From Lama glama (taxonomy: Eukaryota), in contig CM052817.1 in the NCBI GenBank assembly GCA_028534125.1, positions 98,148,001-98,212,000 of the forward strand: DNA of 64,000 nucleotides, given 5' to 3'. Below, piece after piece: positions 12,395 through 23,605 of this stretch (position 1 is the first letter of the stretch; the number at the start of each line of letters is the position of its first letter). The notes beneath the pieces are model-generated. The model was not told the origin of the DNA. It was given only the letters and a program-made list of their open reading frames with translations, and did not search any database. The translations under genes were made by a program, and so were the position numbers.

Positions 12395-12858
12395 AGCTGT
12401 GCTGGATGCCATTCCTTCTTATCTTCTCAAGACTTTCTGCTCCTTCCTGTACTCATCACCCATCTCTCTTCAATCTCTCTCTCTAATCTCTCTCATCTCT
12501 TCCAAGCTAATTTTATCAGCATACAAACAAGCTTCATTATCTCCAAATGACAAAATAAAACAAGCAAACTTTACTCCACTCCATGGGATCCTTCAGCTCT
12601 TGCCCATTCATTTGGGCAAAAAATTTCAACAAATTTTTCAGCAAGCAAAACCCTCTAGTAGTTTCTTATCTCTGTCACAGTCCTAGAGAGTAGCTCCTAG
12701 TCTTACCCTTACTTTACAGATAAGGAAAAAATTTTCAGCAAAAAATTCTCCAAAGAGCTGTTTATACTCACTGTCTCCTCTTCCTCAACTTCCCTCATCT
12801 GCTTGGGATGTGGAAAGAGTTTGCTTCCCAAGACTCCACAGAACAACACTTGTTAAGT
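12395..12858 (+). mobile_element. L2 LINE fragment containing an 82-bp templated insert
   Basis: tgtgctggatgccattccttcttatcttctcaagac ... agagctgtttatactcactgtctcc. Confidence 0.55.
12647..12728 (+). repeat. 82-bp dispersed direct duplicate of 10501-10582
   Basis: ungapped alignment with 7 mismatches in 82 nt (manual count). Confidence 0.9.
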
Positions 12859-12859
12859 A

Positions 12860-13205
12860 TTTTTTTTTTGGTCAATAATTTTTTATTGAAGTATAGCTGA
12901 TTTACAATATTATATTAGCAAGCTGAATTCAGCAATGCATAAAAAGGATCATACACCATGATCGAGTGGGATTTATTCCAGGGATGCAAGGATAGTTGAA
13001 TAGCCACAAATCAATCAATGTGATACACCACCCTAACAAAAGGGAAGATAAACATCATATGATCATCTCAATAGATGCAGAAAAAGCATTTAACAAAATT
13101 CAACATCCATTCATGATAAAAACACTCATGAAAGTTGGTATAGAGGAAACATATCTCAACATAACAAAGGCCTTATATGACAATCCCACAACTAACATCA
13201 TAATT
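12860..13205. mobile_element. L1 with inverted structure: minus-strand 3' tip (about 12860-12918) joined to a plus-strand ORF2 RT fragment
   Basis: poly-T plus ttttattgaagtatagctgatttacaat, followed directly by sequence encoding KSINVIHH...[24 protein letters not shown]. Confidence 0.8.
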
Positions 13206-13860
13206 TTTTAATCACCTCTGGCCAGAGAAGCAGGAGTTGACATTAGATTCAGGATGTCAAAGAGTGTGGGAACCAGAGAGCCTCTCCCACCCAGGATACT
13301 CAGACTCTGTTCCTGAATCTTGTTTTGCCCCATTGCACAAAATATGCCCATGCCACTTCAGTGTTTTCTTGTTAGTCTAAGCCAATAATTTGGGAAAATA
13401 AATTTTGTCTTTACTTCCCTTTGAGAATTAGTACCTTGGAACCAGTCACTGTTGGTCTCTGTTCACATTTGCTACAGTAGATAAAACAGAAAACATTGAA
13501 TGTGATCTTTGCCCTTTAACCACTGAAACTTGCTACCTACAGACCATCATTCTTCAGTTAAGCCAGACTGGTGACAAATAGCAAACTTACTAAGTCTTTA
13601 TCAGCCATGATTCTGAGGCCAAAATTCTAATTCTTTTTTGTGCTGTGTATCTTTGCTAACAGACATACCTGTGCAGAAGCACCATGACCTTCATTTGGGT
13701 AAAGAAGATTCCAGAAGGCGAGGACACTGGCCTGCTTCTCAGTTGGCTGGAGGAAATTTGTCTATCACAGTTTTCCTCCAAATGTAGTTATCATGTACCT
13801 TACATCATTTTGAGTTGACGGTCTCCATACATTAATTAGAAGTAGCCTAAAAAATTCCAC

Positions 13861-14560
13861 TGCAAATGTAATTTGGTGCAGTCACTATGGAAAACAGTAT
13901 GGAGATTCCTTAAAAAACTAAAAATCATATGCTCTAACAACCCCACCCCTGGGCATATATCTGGAGAAAACGGTAATTCAAAAAGATATATGCACCCCAG
14001 TGTTCACAGCAACACTAACAATAGCTAAGACATGGAAGCAACCGAAGTGTTCATCAACAGATGACTGGATAAAGAAGATGTGGTACACACACACGTATAT
14101 ACACACACACACTGGATAAAGAAGCTGTGTGCACACACACAATGGAATATTACTCAGCCATATAAAAGAATGAAATAATGCTATTTGCAACAACATAGAT
14201 GGACCTTGAGATTATTATACCAAGTGAAGTAAGTCAGACAAAGAAAGACAAATATCATATAATATCACTTGTATGTAAAATCTAGAAAATGACACAAATG
14301 AACTTATTTACAAAGCAGAAATAGTCTCACAGACATAGAAAACAAACTTATGGTTACCAAAAAGGAGGGGTGGGGAGGAAAAATTAGGAGTTTAGGAATT
14401 TGCAGATACTAACTACTATATATAAAATAGATAAACAACAAGGTCCTACTGTATAGCACAGGGAAATATATTCAATATCTCATAGTGACCTATAAGAAAG
14501 AATATATGTATATATGCATAACTGTATCATGTGCTGTACACCAGAAACTAACATACAGAC
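13861..14560 (+). mobile_element. 5'-truncated L1 (ORF2 end plus 3' UTR)
   Basis: tggtgcagtcactatggaaaacagtatggag...gctgtacaccagaaactaaca; reverse-complement similarity to 8983-9735. Confidence 0.9.
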
Positions 14561-15309
14561 ATACACAAATTCTACTGTATAACTGAGAAATGTGCAGAGA
14601 AGGAAAGAGCGTCCAACCTCCCTTCAAACCAAACTCAAACTGTCTTAGAAAATGGCCCTTTGAATCTCAGTGGGGAATCCTATGCAGTAGATGTTCCCAT
14701 TGCTGCATTTATTTGGAAATTTTTTTTAAAAATCACTTTTGAATGGAAATATTAACAAACAGTTTGCTGGGCATTATTTTTTTAATTTTTGATTTATTTT
14801 TAGGAAGTGATAATCATTTCTGGTTCCCAGGCAACATCAAATTGAGCTAAAGATATGGATAGTGCCAAATGAGACAGGCTTTGCGATCCTAGCATTGGAC
14901 CTATTCTAATGTCATTGAAAAGATCTAGGAATGCTGTTCTGCAGGAGTCTGAAAGCAGCTCTGGCATCTGAGAAAATCAGCATTAGCCACACAGAATCCC
15001 AATCCAATGTATTGGACTTGAGCTTAATGGGACTCCCAAGTTAAAGCACCCAAAACAAAACAAAACAAAATAATAAAATAGGTGACTCATAGATGAACAA
15101 AGAGAGAAAAGCAGAAATAATACAGTGAAAAGAATACGAAGCTAGAATCAGGTGACCTGGTTGAGTTCCAGCTGGCCAGCTTCCAGCTGCATGACTGAGA
15201 AAATCTAAACTGGGGGTAATCACGTTGTGCCAGCTCACAATCTTCCTGCGTTTCTTCACAAGTGCAATAAAGTTTCTTGTTCCACCACAGGGACCACGTC
15301 TAGCGTGGT

Positions 15310-15500
15310 GACATGTAGTGGCTAAGAGCTGAAGCTGTAGAACTGCACTACATCACACTGCATGACGCTGGAAAATGACTGAGCCCCGTTTCTCCTTGCT
15401 TTCCTTAAACAATAGGATCCACCTCTTAGGATGGGTTTGAGGATTAAATGAGCTGATTCTTACAAATGGTTGCAGCAGTGCCTGGCATGCAGACGGTGTT
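15310..15500 (+). mobile_element. MIR SINE (degenerate)
   Basis: gtagtggctaagagc...acctcttaggatgggtttgaggattaaatgag...cagtgcctggcatg. Confidence 0.6.
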
Positions 15501-17029
15501 GGGTGTTTTCTGCAGCACCACCCGTGCCCTCCACTAGATGTGGTGAGGAAGACAGAATTGCCCTTGCACTTGCAGAATCTGCCGTGCAGTTGTCATCTGC
15601 ACAGGCGACTTCATATACTTGTTTTAAGGATCAAACGACAGAAGAAAGGGGGAAAAGCTTTATAAGTTAAGTTCATTTCAAATAAAACACATTATTTATA
15701 ATTTGAATTCACCACACCCCCAAGGAAGAAAAACAACTTTAATGATGTGCCTTAAACTAAATAATGCAGAATTTAATTAGTTTAAACTGTGGGATTCTGT
15801 ATGAAAGACTTTACCAGTGGGCTGTAGCATTGGTTTTAGAAAATAATGAGTCCATCTGAGGCTATTAAATGAGTTCCTGTGCCTTAGAGAATGAATACAC
15901 CCCCTAAAGAGCCATCCTCAGGACAGGCTTGGCACAAAGGCAGAGACCCTCCTTGTTATCCAGACGACTATTTGTCCTTCCAATAAATCACCTTGGGCTG
16001 TGTAGGAACAGCTGAGCATTGGGTGAACTCTTCTTGTTATACTAGTTTCCATTTTATTTTTTAATAGGTTTAGCCTTTTCAACACTTTATTTATGTAAAA
16101 CCTTTGAGTGCTGTCCAGTGTACTTTTTCTATAAGGTTTAAGCTATCTAGACTAGCACAAGAAATTATTTCTTAAAAATGTAAATTGATTCAAACATTGA
16201 TGCACTCAGTGTCAATTATTGGCCTGACAGCTGGACTCTTAGATCTCTTGACAATTTAAATATTAATGTAGACTTTCAATAGCATCTCATGTGTTACATC
16301 CAATACAACGGAAGGGTAAACAGATGCCCTTCAAATAGTTGGCATTCGATAATGTGCACTTTCTGAAAGGCCCCACTGAGATGTTCCCGAGGGAAAGGGA
16401 CATCTGAAATGTTTGCCGTCACTTTTTGTCAGCCACGTGACTTCTCCATTCCTAGAAAAGGTGAGTCTAATTTCATGGAAGTTCCTAGCCGTCTATCCAG
16501 CGGCTCCAAGATGCAGACAGTTTGTGGATTCATGGGTGGAGCTTGAATTAAGCAGTATTTTCTTTGAAATAAAATCTCTACTATTCAAGACTGATCCACT
16601 TTCAGAAAATAATGGGCTCCAAGTTTCATCCTGTTATCATGAAAGGTAATCTTTCACAGGGAGTTGTTAAATCAATATTACATTTTTTGAGAGACTTTAA
16701 ACTCCCAGATAAAAATGAAATGTATCAGAAAATACAAACATAAGCTAAGCATTGTCCATGTTTAAAATCACAAGTGTTGGGTAATGATCATTCAATTTTA
16801 TATTATACATTCTTCAGTGAAGGAGAAGTTCTAATAGGATAAGCCTCAAGAATTTGCAAATACAATAAATTGATACAATGTGAAACTGGGATAGCTATGA
16901 AGAATCAATTCAGACTAGAAAAGTCAGAAATTATTTAGTAATATCGAGTCTGTCATAGCTTCTCTGTGTACAAAAAAGCAGATCAAGAAGGTTTTTCCAA
17001 GAGAAAATTTCAGGAATAAATTAGCAATG

Positions 17030-17220
17030 TCATGGTTTGGAGTTAGTCGGACCCGGGATTGAATCCTGTGTCTACTACCTGTGAGAGTCAATCAGGGACA
17101 AATGACTTAAACAAAGCTCTGTGTTTTCTCTGGAAATGGTGCATAAGAATGCCTGCCTTTTAGAACTGAGAAGAAAGAGTGTGATAATGTAATTTATGAG
17201 AAGTACCTGGTTCATAGAAA
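17030..17220 (+). mobile_element. MIR SINE
   Basis: ggtttggagttagtcggacccgggattgaatcctg...caaatgacttaa...tacctggttcatag. Confidence 0.65.
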
Positions 17221-18089
17221 ATACATATAGCGTATATTTGCATATGCGTTTGCGTTTTGTGTGTATGAGTGTGTGTATGTGTATATATACTTTTCCCCAC
17301 TACATATATAGAAATTGAGACCTTGACTCATGAATTCACTTTCCTAGAACCACACATCTCTTCAATAGCATAATAAGGTTTAAAGCTAAGACAAATCCTT
17401 TCAGTTGAAGTCCGTTCTAGTTAATGTGATCTTCACAAACATCAGTAAGTCAGCAGAGCCCTCTAATTCTCAATTCTCAGAACAATCCAGTTGTTCTAAC
17501 TGATTATTTCTATATCTGATTAAGTACTCTAATGAAGACAAAAAATATATATGTATGTGTGTTAGCATTCGAGCTCATCTAGCAAATAAGCATGCTAGAA
17601 AACTGAGGAAGTATTCAAGACGCTAAAACTGGAAGAAAACCAATTAACTTGGGGAACAGGTTAAATGTAAACACAGCAGACAACCTGCTGGGTCTTTATT
17701 TAGTTTTGGCGAGTGGGAGAGAACTGTCTATTCCATTCACAATGTAATACACATCAACACATTAGCATATCGAAAACTTTGATTCATCACCCTAGATTCT
17801 ACTTTCCTGTCACCCATCTTTTGCTAGGCTTACATGTTTTGCTAGGCAGGTATAATAATCATTAATAATGCCTCTTCCAGAAATTCTCCCGAGGTTTGTT
17901 TGAAATCAGCCATCTCTGCTATACACCAATTCCCTTATGGATTGGTAGAAATGCAAATATAGTGCCACTAAGAATAACACAAGCACACAGAGCATGTGTG
18001 CTTTCTCCTCTAGTCCATATGAGCCATGCAAATAATTAGAAGATACAATATTTGATTTCGAGACGTTCAGAATGCAGTTTGGGAAAATG

Positions 18090-18830
18090 TTTAGGATTAG
18101 GTTACTTTAGGAGTGACAGAAAACTCAAAATACAGCAGCTTAAACATGTGTATGTGTTTCCCAAGACTGCTGCACAGAATTATCACAAACTTCATGACTC
18201 TAAACCACAGAATTGTATTCTCTCAGAGTTCTGAGGGACAGAGGTCCAAAACCAAGGTGTCATTAGAGCCCTGCTCCCTCTAGAGGCCCCCACAGACATT
18301 CCTTTCCTACCTCGTCTGCCTTCTGGTGGCCTCCCGTTCCTTGCAGCTGGGTCACTGCAGTTTCTGCCTCTGTCTTCATATCCCCTCTCTTCCGTGCACC
18401 TGAGACGTCTCTTCTTCTGTCTGTGTCTCTCCTCGTGTGTCTGCAATGAGAACACTTATAATTGAATTTAGGGCCCACCTGGATCATTCAAAATGATCTC
18501 ATCATGAGATCTTTATCTTAATTAAATTTGCAAAGACTTTTTCTCCAAATAAGTTTACATTTGCAGGTTCCAGGGATTAGGACGTGGACATATCTTTGGG
18601 GAGGCTGTAATTCAACCCACTACAAGATAGAAATTTATTTCTCTCTTATAAAATCTAGGCAAAGAGCCAGAGGCTGATGTGATGCTCTGCAGTGTGTCAG
18701 CAATCCAGGCTCCTGCTGTTTGGTTTGGTTTCCCCGCTAGAAGCAGCTTCCTTTCTGAAGGCCACCTTAGAATCCAAGATGGCGGCCCAAGCCACCACAT
18801 CTGATTTTGAGCCAGTAGAAGGAGCAATAG
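18090..18830 (-). mobile_element. older MLT1-type LTR interrupted by a younger MLT1
   Basis: gtgacagaaaactcaaaatacagcagcttaaaca [insert] agatagaaatttatttctctc...ccaagatggcggc reads as one contiguous element once 18149-18624 is removed. Confidence 0.6.
18149..18624 (-). mobile_element. MLT1 (C/D-like) MaLR solo LTR
   Basis: tgtatgtgtttcccaagactgc...gtattctctcagagttctgag...atttagggcccacctggat...aattcaacccactaca; TG...CA ends. Confidence 0.8.
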
Positions 18831-19167
18831 GGTTTATGCATTTCCAAATGAATTGCTGAGCTGCCGCCCCTGATATCCTTATTGTATAAGAAATATAAAT
18901 TCTGCATTGTAGTACTTGATAAATTAAACTAGCCTTTCTGTTGTTTGCAGCCAACAAGTGCTTATGAGAAACCAGACAGAAGAAGCACGGGCATATTAAA
19001 GGATTTTGAGTCATGTAAAGCCGCATATCACAGGGAACTGTGGTCGAGTCCAGAACAGGCGAGATCTCTGCTGTGTAGGTGGTCCAGGAAGAGCTGGTTC
19101 CTGATCACTGTAAGAGCTGATGAGAGTTGGCAGTGTGGACTTCCAGATGACTTCAAGACAATTGATT

Positions 19168-19714
19168 CTTTTTTTAATTGAAGTATAGTCAATTTTCTAT
19201 GTTGTTATGTTGTGTTAGTCTCTGGTATACACATAGTGATTTAGTTACACATACATATATATATATATTCATATATATATTGTTCATATTCTTTTTCATT
19301 ATGGGTCACTGCAAGATACTGATTACAGTTCCTTGTGCTATAAAGTAGGATCTTGTTGTTTATCTATTTTATATATAGTAGTCAGTATCTGCAAATCCCA
19401 AAGTATCAATTTATCCAAACTCCCCGTTTCTCCCCTGGTAACCAAAAGTTTGTTTTCTATGTCTGTGAGTCTGTTTTTGTTTTGTAAATAAGTTCATTTG
19501 TGTCATTTTTTTAGATTCCACCTATAAATGATATGATATGGATAAAGAAGTTATGATATATATACATACACACACAGACACATACATACACACAATGGAA
19601 TACTACTCAACTATAAAAAAGAATGAAATAATGCCATTTGCAGCAACATGGTTGGACCTAGAGATTATCATACTAAGTGAAGTAAGTCAAAAGGAGAAAG
19701 ACAAATGCCATATT
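19168..19714. mobile_element. L1 3' end with 5' inversion (twin-priming structure)
   Basis: minus-strand 3' UTR at about 19168-19536, then plus-strand ORF2 end 19537-19714 (MEYYSTIKKNEIMPFAATWLDLE); TSD aattgat(t)cttt at about 19160 and 19715. Confidence 0.88.
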
Positions 19715-19849
19715 AATTGATCTTTCTTGATCATAAAATTCAACACATGGTATTTTTGTAATTACTTGTTAACTGTAACTACTTAGATTGTTCATTAGGA
19801 ACAAAAAAGAAAAACCATTTTAAGAAGAATCTAATATTGCACCACTCAC

Positions 19850-19881
19850 CTCTTTGGTTCTGCAGGGCTGATGGAATTCAG
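19850..19881 (-). other. candidate 32-nt micro-exon
   Basis: minus strand ttctggttctcctttcctag|ctgaattccatcagccctgcagaaccaaagag|gtgagt; both splice sites near consensus. Confidence 0.3.
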
Positions 19882-20607
19882 CTAGGAAAGGAGAACCAGA
19901 AGCAACCTAATATTCACCTAAGAAATAAGGCATCATCCGAGGAACAACAACAACAAAAAATAAAAATGGATATGGAAGGTAAGAAAGAGGTAAGAGGGTC
20001 AAAATTTTGAAGGGGACAAAAAAGAGTTTGAGGCAGCTGTTACTAAAAAAAGAAATGCTCTCCACCTTTTGTTGGTACTGCATTTGCTGCCACTTCAAGA
20101 GAATTCAGAACAGACATAATATTAATGAAGGTTTTGCAGTCGCACTGCAAACAGAGAGGCTTACAGCGGGACAAGAAGGCGCAGGGGGGAATATTTGCAC
20201 TTCTAAGATGAAAACAACGGCAAAACTCAACAAACTCTACATAGGACAGATCGTTTTGATTATGATCACTCCAGATTAATCATGAACACTCAGGATGAGC
20301 AGAAATAACTACTTTTACTCATGGCAGAGATGCTTGAGAAGCTAGCCACTGAGCTAACCACAGAAATACTTGCTCCCTCAAAATTACAGAAAAATGGGTA
20401 AGACACAGAAGACGCATATGGCACTAGTTATTGGTTCTTTAAATGTTAGTTTCATTAGCGTTCTACCTTTATGGTTCTTTAAAAAATGTAGTGTACAGTA
20501 GGCAAATAACCATCCAGAGTATTTTTCCATGAATGATTTTTCCCTGTGCTGAAAGGAGCACCGGCAATTCCCTACCAGAGACGCGGGCATTAGGTGTTTA
20601 CTTGCAA

Positions 20608-20636
20608 CACAGCGCCATCTGGTGGCAAATGCTGCA
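20608..20636 (-). promoter_or_regulatory. CTCF binding motif with upstream module
   Basis: minus strand TGCAGcatttGCCACCAGATGGCGCTGtg closely matches the CTCF core and has an upstream TGCAG. Confidence 0.7.
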
Positions 20637-23544
20637 AATTTCAGACACAGGGTCCCTGGGTTCCATAGAGACGCCCAAAGTGACATACCTTGAGGTGTCG
20701 ACCCAATGGAAAATAAGTAAATACCATCTTTAGGAACATTTGCCAAAGTTGAAGGTCAAGTTATTTGTTAATTATTCTCATTAAGATTACTAATATCTAT
20801 ACTTAATATATTTCCAATAAAAATGAACTGCTTTATGTACAAATGAATTCTTAATAGTAACAATTCTCAGTCTGCATAACACTGTAGTTTTCAAAGTCCT
20901 GTTCTTACTCAATACACAAGATAGGTGCGGATATTATGCATTTCTCACAACTATTAACTGAAGGTCATGTAAGTTAAAGACGTTGCTCAAGCTTAAAAAG
21001 TCAAAAAAAAAAAAGTGTTGTTGAAACACAAATAAACACCCTCTCTGTTGCTAATCTGTGTGTTGTCTTCACAATGATACTGTTTCCCTCTGCTTAGAAT
21101 GAAATGAAGCAGTTTCAGTTGAAGCTAGATTGAAACTTTAGCTTTAGCAGGAAATGGTCTTTTGAACTTGGCGGCATTTGATAAAGTAGTCGTCTCAAGC
21201 CTCTTCTGGTAGAATCGGGAGGAGGGCTTGGGCAACCTTGGTGGAAATGGCTGTGCATTCCGAAAGCTTGGTACATGATTTCTTTTTCTTGCTTATGCCC
21301 CAGACCTTGTGTTTATATATATACAAGACCGTGTCTTAGCCTGCTGCCCTGTTTGGGAATTGCCTCTTAATAACTTGCTTTTCACCAAAAGCAACACCTA
21401 CTTGTCAATAGAACTTCAGGTGGCCCTTCACTGCCTCCTAGTAGAGGTATTTCTTTCTGAGTTAATCAAGGGATGATATTTAAGGTGGCATCTCTTATTG
21501 GGCATCTAGATGACTTACGCCATTCATATCAATGAGACCTTTTCAACCCTAATATCCGTTGCAGTGATCTATGGAGTACAGCCTTGAAATTTAATTACAG
21601 TGATGTTTCAGAGGCTGATGGACAGCTTTAAAGCATCTTGCTTTAATGTCATTAGACAGTCCCAAGTTTCAGGGCTATAAAAGATTGAAGACCAGTCTAC
21701 TGTGTGTCTTACCTTCATTATGATCTGTAGGTATAAGCCTACATCTCTCAGACCCTGTCAGGAGATATTTTATCTTGTGGCTGTGATATTTCACCTTGTG
21801 AGAAACTATTGAAATTTAAGGCTATTTTTTAAGAAGCCTATTGAAGCCTATGGATAGGACTTTGGTCATAGCTGTACAGTTGCTTACATTCTTAGACTTG
21901 GGCAATGAATCCTGAAACCATTCCAGGAGCAAAACTGAAACTTACCAATGTTGTGTTCATCTAAAATAACCTCCTGGGGAATATGGTAAAGATGCATTTT
22001 TATAACGCCTAATCTTTATTGATTCATCAAGACCATTTTGAAATACGTTTCAAAATGCAGAAACTTTTCTTTCCTACAGTTACTGGATCACTGGAAATCT
22101 CAAATCTCCTTCTTCTTTTCAGCCATCTATCATCAGCAGCAGTAAAGATTTTGGAATTAGAACTTAGGTAGCAATTCGGGGATGATGTATTGGCCGGTCT
22201 TCAACTATGTTTGCTCTGGAGAGCTGATTAATATAAATGTCAATTTACTTGTAAACTAGGAATATGTAGCACAGAAAAGAACCAATACTGTCATTTCCAG
22301 AGCTTTGGTTTAGACCCTCAGTGAACTTTAGTGGGGTAATGGCCATAGCCAAGAAACACTAGAAGCAATATTGCCTGAAATGACAGAGAATACAGCGGCA
22401 TGCATCTCTTTTCAAGGTTAAGGAGTTGCTGATTCTGTTTCAAGAGCTCAGCATATAAATACAGTTTACAAGGAATTTTAAACTGATCACCAAAACCCGT
22501 GTATATTCAACTGTTAAATCAAAAGGAAGCCTGCGGTGCTGATGGAGCCCAGTAATCACTCTTTAATGTCACTGGGGAGATAGCAGTGATGGAGAGGATA
22601 AGGACGGGATAAATCAACTGAAGAAATTCTGAGCTTCATTTTTAAAAGGCAGAGATTAAAATCACCCAGCTAATAAGATCTGTTCAGGGACCTAGAAATG
22701 TCAGCCAAAAATATGGAAAATGTATCCCCCAAGAGTAAGCTTTCCTCAGGCCAGTTTGTAAATGATAGTTATCTGCTGAAAATAGACCATTAGGCTTGCT
22801 GTTTAGCTTAAAGGTAGTATTTAGTTAGAATTCTATACACAGGATATCTTATTCGTATATTAACGTTCATATCCGATGGATAGGAAAAGAAGTCAACATT
22901 GCACATAGATTTTGCATGAGTTTCCTAGCTATTTCCTAACATTTGGCAATCGCTTCTCAGCTCTCAATAACACCACTTTGCAAACATCTTCCCAGACCCA
23001 AGACCCTGAAGGGTCTTCTCTGTCAGTGGGGGTAGCCCCCTCTTACTGCTTCGACTATCTAAGATCTTAATCTTATTTATTGATTTGGCAGTCATTCCCA
23101 ACAAACTGGAAGTTAAGGAACAGAATAGTATACTGGCAATTTTTAAATATCCAGGCCCTTGCACTGTTCTTGAAAAAAAACACCAAGTGCCCGAAACACA
23201 TTGTTGATTTTTATTTAATTCTCTCATTATGTCTCAGCATAAACCTATCTTCAACCCAGCTGATAGATTGACTGGTCCCCACACACTGGAAATGCCCTCC
23301 TTTGTGCTTTGGCTTGTATTCTGTCTCCTTCCAGAAGGTTCTGATTCTTCTTTCCTTTTTCATTCTTTCCTTTTTGTTTTTAAATAAGATGCAGTTTCTG
23401 AGACCTTGTTTCTCAGGAAACACAAGCTTTCCTTCCCCTTCCTGGGCATTTGCTGTTCCCCCAGCTCTCCTGCTTCTTATTGGTATATGCGAACTTAAGT
23501 TTTTAATTCACAGTCACGATTTCTAAATAAGGTTGAGTCTCTTC

Positions 23545-23605
23545 TACACCAGAAATCGACACATTGTGATTGACTGTACTTCAATTAAAGGAAAAAAAAA
23601 AAAAA
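23545..23605 (+). mobile_element. very short L1 3' tip with poly(A)
   Basis: acaccagaaatcgacacattgtgattgactgtacttcaattaaa followed by an A run; same 3' terminus as the other young L1s in the window. Confidence 0.7.

Noticed and set aside
15528..15546. CTCF-like ccactagatgtgg (similar partial matches near 33735 and 34415)
   Set aside because: They lack key conserved core positions; too weak to call.
16455..16466. Isolated strong plus-strand donor aag|gtgagt (others near 5114 and 29983)
   Set aside because: No matching acceptor with an open, recognisable exon; such sites are common by chance.
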